DNA of 54,971 nucleotides, filler included, from Sphacelaria rigidula (taxonomy: Eukaryota), in the NCBI GenBank assembly GCA_964200075.2. It is 5 parts of 5 records of this genome, joined end to end, with 100 filler letters (N's around TTAATTAATTAA, not from the genome) between each part and the next. Parts side by side here need not be neighbours in the genome. Positions count along the whole stretch, not along the records: positions 44,058 to 54,971 come from CAXNAA020005689.1; 4 more parts are not named here. The stretch is one strand, 5' to 3'. The translations under genes and the position numbers were made by a program. Under the pieces are notes generated by a model that did not search any database, had not been told where the DNA came from, and saw nothing but the letters and a program-made list of their open reading frames with translations. The first letter of the stretch is position 1. Each line of letters opens with the position of its first letter. Below are positions 49,390 through 54,971 of this stretch, piece after piece.

Positions 49390-51030
49390 CCTAGGTTGTC
49401 CGAGCCGGTGAAGTATTTTGTTTGGCAGCTGTTTCGAGTACCCGGTCTACATCGAGCCAGTTGTGGGAAACAGAACAAGAAGAAAACAACTGAAGCTTGG
49501 GTGGAAATTCCATGGTGATATCTCTTTGTGAAAATGAGCAATCGATCATCAATTACTTGACCAAGGAGAAGCTCTGAGCGCCTCCCTGATTTCCCAGGTA
49601 TGTAGGCCGGCCTCCCGACGCTATTTTACGGACGATACTGCCCAGGGCTGAAGATATTCTGGAAATACCTTTCCCCCCGCCTTTACGTCGGAACTAGTCC
49701 GAAAAGTAAAACGTCAAAGAAAACTGTTTCATCACCATCAATCTCGTAGAATCGTGCGGTATGATGACGGCGTGCGTTGACCAGATGATTCTTAGGGGAA
49801 AACCCACAGAACCAGGAGAACCAGTATTGATGCGGGGCGATAATGCCTCAGCAATGCCGTGGGTGAACAAATGTGGGGTTCGAGATAGACGTGTCGGTTC
49901 CCTCAAGAGAATCATGGGTCGCATGGAAACTGCATCTGGACGATGTCCAATAGCAGAACACACTCGAGGTATTGACAATGTCTTGGCCTACAGAATTCCG
50001 AGATGGATTGCGGAACAAGTTCAACTGAGAGAAAAACAAGGCTTGAAATATTACGACATTAGTCCCCGCGGAAAAAACTATATTCGACGTGGACCTCCAA
50101 AAATAAACCGCTGCCGAAAAGACGACTATACGATGAGTTGTGGTCAGTTATCAATGAATGTATGAATTATGAACAAAGGATACAATCGCCACTTGCGCCG
50201 CCCCATTTGGCACCATACCTCACTTCCCTCCATTTTCTGTCCCCCTGAATTCTCACCAGGAGAACAACACGGCCATTGACATGATGGCAAAAGCTAGTAC
50301 GAACGTTAGCTCTCGCGTCCGTAGGTAGTAGTACCAAGAAGGGTTACACGAGGCAATTCGAGACATGGGCAAAATGGAGAGAAGCTCGGGGGGAGCAGGC
50401 CTTCTTACGAGGAGAAGATGGAGGGCTATCTTCAGCGACCTACCCCCCTCACAACGATCATGGCGAGTAGGGCTTTCTGCCACGGGAACCGGAGCTCGAC
50501 AGTACGACCATACTTGTCTGCTATTCAAGATTTCCATACGATGTTGACGAGGTGGGAGTTACCCGCTCGTCACTGTATGTTAACCGCGATATCCTCGGGC
50601 ATTGACAGTTCGTTTCGGAAGCATGAACACGTAGCTAACGATAACGGCCTGAGAAACGTTTTGAAGGAGCGCAGCTTATCGGGCCGCCTAACGGGGGAAG
50701 TGTTGACCAGCCCCGAAAAAAGGGGACGGGTCAACAACCAAGTACAGAAAGTCACGGGTTAGCCCGATAGCTTGGGCACCCACTGCGACGAGGTCGCTGC
50801 TGGGCAGAGTCAGTCTGTATTTTCTCGTGTCTTGTATTTTGGATTGGATTCGTTTTGAAGTATTGCGTTGTGGTTTCGATTTCTCCAAGTCTTGTTTGCG
50901 CCTTTAAAAAAGCCATTATTCTCGAGCTTTGAACAAAAGGTAGGGTTTTGAAGAAATCTGACGTTTTTGTTGGCGGATGACGAATTGTAGGATCAGGTCA
51001 CGGAGTGGCGGCTGACGACACAGCAGGATG
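49390..51030 (+). mobile_element. Decayed tyrosine-recombinase retrotransposon (DIRS/Ngaro-like)
   Basis: RT tail (KYFVWQL, LGWKFHGDI), DIRS-type RNase H (INLVE, MRGDNASAMPWVN, HTRGIDNVLAYRIPRW), then a recombinase N-terminal region (TKKGYTRQFETWAKWR, STVRPYLSAIQDFH), all disrupted. Confidence 0.8.
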
Positions 51031-51541
51031 GTAGAGGTCACTATGAGAGAACAAAATGCACATCCGCCCACCTTCGCTCAGTTAGGTTTAGTCCCCAAGC
51101 CCAAAATGCACTCCGCGCTCGCCAATAGTGAGCAAGGCAACAAATAGGCACAGGTGCAAGACAGTCAAGTACAGTACAAGTGGTGGTTCTCGAACGTGTT
51201 CGAATCAATTTGCCCGCCCGCCGCCCTGTTACTCGAGAGAGGGTGGAACAAGGGTAGAACGGTTGATTCTCGTTTCCTTATTCCTTTTTTCGTTTCGTGT
51301 TGTTTAGGTTTTGTTCATTTTCATCTTGGTGGGGTGGTTAAGGTTTTATTCCGTCTATGTCTACGGTTTTTCTTCTCTGCGTCCGCTTGAAAAAGCCCCC
51401 CCCCCCCCCTTCCCTGGGGGGTGGGGGGGGAAGTGTTGACCAGCCCCGTAAAATGGGGACGGGTCAATAACCAAGAACAGAAAGTCACAGGTTAGCCCGA
51501 TAGCTTGCGCACCCACTGCGACGAGGTCGCTGCTGGGTAGA
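50693..51541. repeat. Direct repeat pair (~115 bp) at 50693-50808 and 51426-51541
   Basis: GGGGGAAGTGTTGACCAGCCCCG...GAGGTCGCTGCTGGG.AGA occurs twice. Confidence 0.92.
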
Positions 51542-51561
51542 ATATATACATTTATCAAAAG

Positions 51562-52306
51562 TACGTTTTCTCGGCATTTTTTACAGTTAATTGTTCTTTA
51601 AGATCATACCGGGGGCCCTAAGTGGGGATGGAAATATCTGGTCACTAGGATGGCAGAACAATATATTCTTCAGTATTCACGGCATTTTATAATGGGTGGT
51701 GCTGATGGATGAGGTGTCAAGCGTCGGAATGCACTGCCGGCTGGGTCCGACGTGTGCAGACCCGAAGAATACAGACAAGAAGCTAGAGTCGATATCCAGT
51801 CAATAATAAGGAATTCAAAATATCCCTATCCGTATCCATCGCTGGTAACACTGTTCTCATCTGTATAAAATTCTGCCATGGACTTGTGGGGAATGATGGG
51901 CACATGTACATATTACCAACACCCACCCTGTCGGACGCCATGTGCAGATGCGAGTATAAGTCTACATGCATCTCGGGCATTTTTTTTATCGTGACGCTTC
52001 ATCACTAGAGGTATCTCAAACTACGTGTTCTCGGCATTTTTTACAGCTAATTGCTCTGTAAGATTACACCGGGAGCCGTAAGTGGGGATGGAAACACCTG
52101 GTTACTGGGCTGGCAGAACAATAATATATGATTCCTTTTCACGGCATTTCATAATGGGTGGTGCTGATGGATGAGGTGTCAAGCGTCGGAATGCACCGCC
52201 GGCTGGATCCGACATGTGCGCACCCAAAAGATGTACACAAGAAGCTAGAATCGATATCCATTGTGAGCAACAATGACTTCAAAATACCCCTGCCGATATC
52301 CATTGC
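51562..52306. repeat. Direct repeat pair (~280 bp, period 460)
   Basis: TTCTCGGCATTTTTTACAG...GGTGCTGATGGATGAGGTGTCAAGCGTCGGAATGCAC...CCAT.GC at 51562-51842 and 52022-52306. Confidence 0.9.
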
Positions 52307-52503
52307 CCGTCACAATGTACTGGGCGATGTTCTCATCGATATGCGTCTTTACTGGCACGAGAGTGTGAAATATTACAACGATATGCACTTGTCGGTAGCG
52401 ATAAATTTCGGTTCATCCCATCGATGCACACCGTTCATGCGAATGGACAATAAACATTTCTCATCAATATACATGGGCCATCGCCATAGATTGTGCAAAT
52501 TGC

Positions 52504-53678
52504 CAAGGGTAGGTCGAGTAGAGTAAACTCAATACTCAGTATTTTTGAAGAGTCATACTTATAGTACTCAAAGTTTGAGTGGAGTATTTGAGGTCGTACT
52601 CAACCTACTCAATTATTCGAGTAGAGTACTTGAGATCATACTCAACCTACTCGAAATTTGAGTAGAGTGTTGAGGTCATGCTCAAGTGATACTCGATACT
52701 CAAGTATTACTGAGAATGCTTACTCATTTTTTGAGTAGAGTAGTAGAGGTCGTATACTCGACTCACTCCAAATTTGAGTAGAGTATTGGAGGTGGTACTC
52801 AACGTACTCAAAATTTGAGTAGAGTATTTGAGGCCGTACTCTACCTACTCAAACGTCGAGTGGAGCAAATACTTTGAGTATTTTACTTGAGTACTCAAAA
52901 GTACATACTCTACGCGACCAACGTTTGAAAAAAATGGTTGTTTCCGTACTGAACCGGCTGGTGAGATGGGGCGCTGGAGCAGGTAGGTTCATTCACCTGC
53001 ATGCACGCTTCTTTTTTTTTATGGAAATCATTCGCTCATACTCCTTGTTGGCTGTGATGTGACGGCGCCCATCTACTTGATGGCCGTCGTTCGCCCATGT
53101 ATTCAACATGGTATGTGAAGTGACGTCACGAAGTCGCCGACTGTCCGGGATACTCACCGTACCCAAGGGGTACTCTATACTCAAGTATTATTGGAGGTGC
53201 TTACTTAATATTTGAGTACGTTGAGTATTTGAGGTCGTGGTCGATCTACTCAAAGTTTGAATAGAGTATTGGGGTCATACTCAAGTGATAGTCTAAACTC
53301 AAGTATCACTGAGGGTGCTTACTCGAAATTTGAGTAGAGTATTCGAGACGACACTAAACCTACTCAAACTTTGAGTAGAGAATGTGAGGCCGTACTCGAC
53401 CTACTCATAATTTGAGTAGAGTATTGAGGTTATACTCAAGTGATACTCTATACTCAAGTATTACTGAGGGCGCTTACTCGAAATTTGAGTAGAGTATTCG
53501 AGACCATACTCAACTTACTAAACAAATGAGTAGAGCATTTGAGGTCGTACTCAACCTACTCAAAATTTGAGAAGGAAATTTGAGGCCGTACTCGACCCAC
53601 TCAAACGTCGAATGGAGTGAATAGTTGAGTATTTTGCTCGAATACACAAAAGTACATGCTCTATTCGACCTACTCTTG
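52504..53678. mobile_element. Non-autonomous TIR transposon with 8-bp TSD (hAT-like)
   Basis: TIRs CAAGGGTAGGTCGAGTAGAG / CTCTATTCGACCTACTCTTG; flanks CAAATTGC (52496-52503) and CAAATTTC (53679-53686); interior built of ~41-bp GAGTA/TACTC repeats. Confidence 0.8.
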
Positions 53679-53696
53679 CAAATTTCATCAATATAA

Positions 53697-53836
53697 ATGG
53701 TCAGTGACTTGATTCAGATTTTTCTTATCGATACACATGGTCAGTGACAATTGATATTAATTTTTCTTATCGATACACATGGTCACCAGCAATGAGTTCT
53801 AAATTTTTGTGTCACTAAACACGGTCAGCGGCAATG
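53697..53836. repeat. ~41-bp minisatellite x3.5
   Basis: ATGGTCAGTGAC...ATTTTTCTTATCGATACAC units. Confidence 0.85.
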
Positions 53837-53892
53837 AACGGAGAAATTTGATCGTTGACAGCCATTACGATGGGTAATATAATCGTCTATTT

Positions 53893-54340
53893 GAATCTAC
53901 CTCGCACACCGTTGGTCACATATCGGGACGAAATGGTATGCTTTACACGATAAACACCTCGATAGTAATGATGTTGCCCCAATCCCTGGACGGGAGAGAG
54001 GGATGACGAAAAACTCACCCTTGGGGTGGTCTCGAAGGTACGCGGTTTCTTCGAAAACACCATGTTACCCCCCCTGGCGTTCGAGAAGTAGCATACACGG
54101 GTCTCATGGACAGGAGGACTGCCGTAGGACGGTATCCAGCGGAGGAGAGACAACACGTTAGCTAGGAGTGGCCTACGAGGCGTGGCCAACCCACCAAGAT
54201 GCACAGCCCGCATTCAGATACAACGGCAAAGTCGCGGAGTCTACGCCGCCGCGTGATGACCGGAGTACGATTCTTCTTGAAATCAACGGAAGCTGTTGTC
54301 AATCATCCCCAGCACATACTGCGGAAGCTCGTGAATTGCA
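53893..54340 (+). repeat. Diverged, internally deleted solo copy of the 1.04-kb unit
   Basis: ATCTACCTCGCACACC...CATACACGGGTCTCATGGAC is joined directly to ACACGTTAGCTAGGAGTG...GCTCGTGA. Confidence 0.9.
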
Positions 54341-54971
54341 CTCGAAACCCGTTCCAGGGTGCATCGCGCGACGCGGAACGGATGAGAGACAAGAACACGA
54401 GGCCAGTAAAGGGACCACAATCTGACAGGTCTACCCTCACTTCTGTTCGTAGGATGGCCTGCGGTGTCCAGTAAGATACACCAAGTCAGGGTAAGGTACA
54501 GCAGTCTAGTGATATACCTGTTTGAGTTCCGAGTACTGTGCAGGATGACTTTATATTGTGATGTTAGTGACTAGACATACGTGAGAGGTGCTTGTCACAT
54601 CCTGAGACTTTGGTGCCTACTGGGGTTACTCCCCTTTCCTTCCCTCTTCATCAACAAAGCTTTATATACACTTCTACCTCATCTTGAACGGCGGTCAGCC
54701 GTGTCCATAGATCGACTATCGCAGTCGTGTCCATTGATCAACTATCTGAGTCGAGTCTGTACCCCATCCTCTCACGGGGTCACGAAGCTACAAACACTCT
54801 AGAGCCAAACCCTATCCAACTTGGGAGCTCTGTGGCCAAGGGACCGATGGCGGACTGGAGCACTGCGGAAAGACACTCGGCTGTCGTGGGAGATACATCG
54901 TCTCCAACGGAGATGCTGGAGGTGAAAGAGAATGTCGCCAGCTTGCAAGGATCGGTGACGGATATCACCGA

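Noticed and set aside
52504-53678. CRISPR-like array of partly palindromic repeats
   Set aside because: Units are contiguous and degenerate with no unique spacers, there are no cas genes, and the context is eukaryotic; TIRs and a TSD explain it.
54475-54971. LTR plus gag start at the window end
   Set aside because: An open frame from ATG 54847 runs off the end, but there is no second LTR or diagnostic motif.

Overview
This is eukaryotic, repeat-rich DNA of roughly 50% GC with GT-AG introns and TTAGGG repeats; its gene and transposon style suggests a brown alga (inference). The window is not contiguous. Five pieces of 10,914-10,915 bp are joined by identical 100-bp N/TTAATTAATTAA linkers, so they are almost certainly unrelated, length-sorted contigs. 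Piece 1 (1-10915) holds a 4-exon, 3'-truncated membrane-anchored kinase with PKDCC(VLK)/POMK-like motifs and a possible JmjC/cupin remnant. Piece 2 (11016-21929) holds a decayed RTE-type LINE, a long fold-back, an old Ty1/copia element with both LTRs, a TSD and an internal inversion, and a tRNA-like sequence. Piece 3 (22030-32943) is the most interesting: a decayed, spliced minus-strand locus with a ParB/Srx-like domain upstream of a beta-class amino-DNA-methyltransferase-like domain, an architecture known from phages, plus transposase-like debris. Piece 4 (33044-43957) holds a multi-exon coiled-coil/low-complexity gene with lesions and a fold-back element. Piece 5 (44058-54971) holds a ~1.04-kb tandem array, a decayed tyrosine-recombinase (DIRS-like) retroelement and a non-autonomous TIR element with an 8-bp TSD. 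A ~100-bp element flanked by G-tracts recurs in four of the five pieces. All protein-family calls come from motif recognition by eye and need HMM or structure confirmation.
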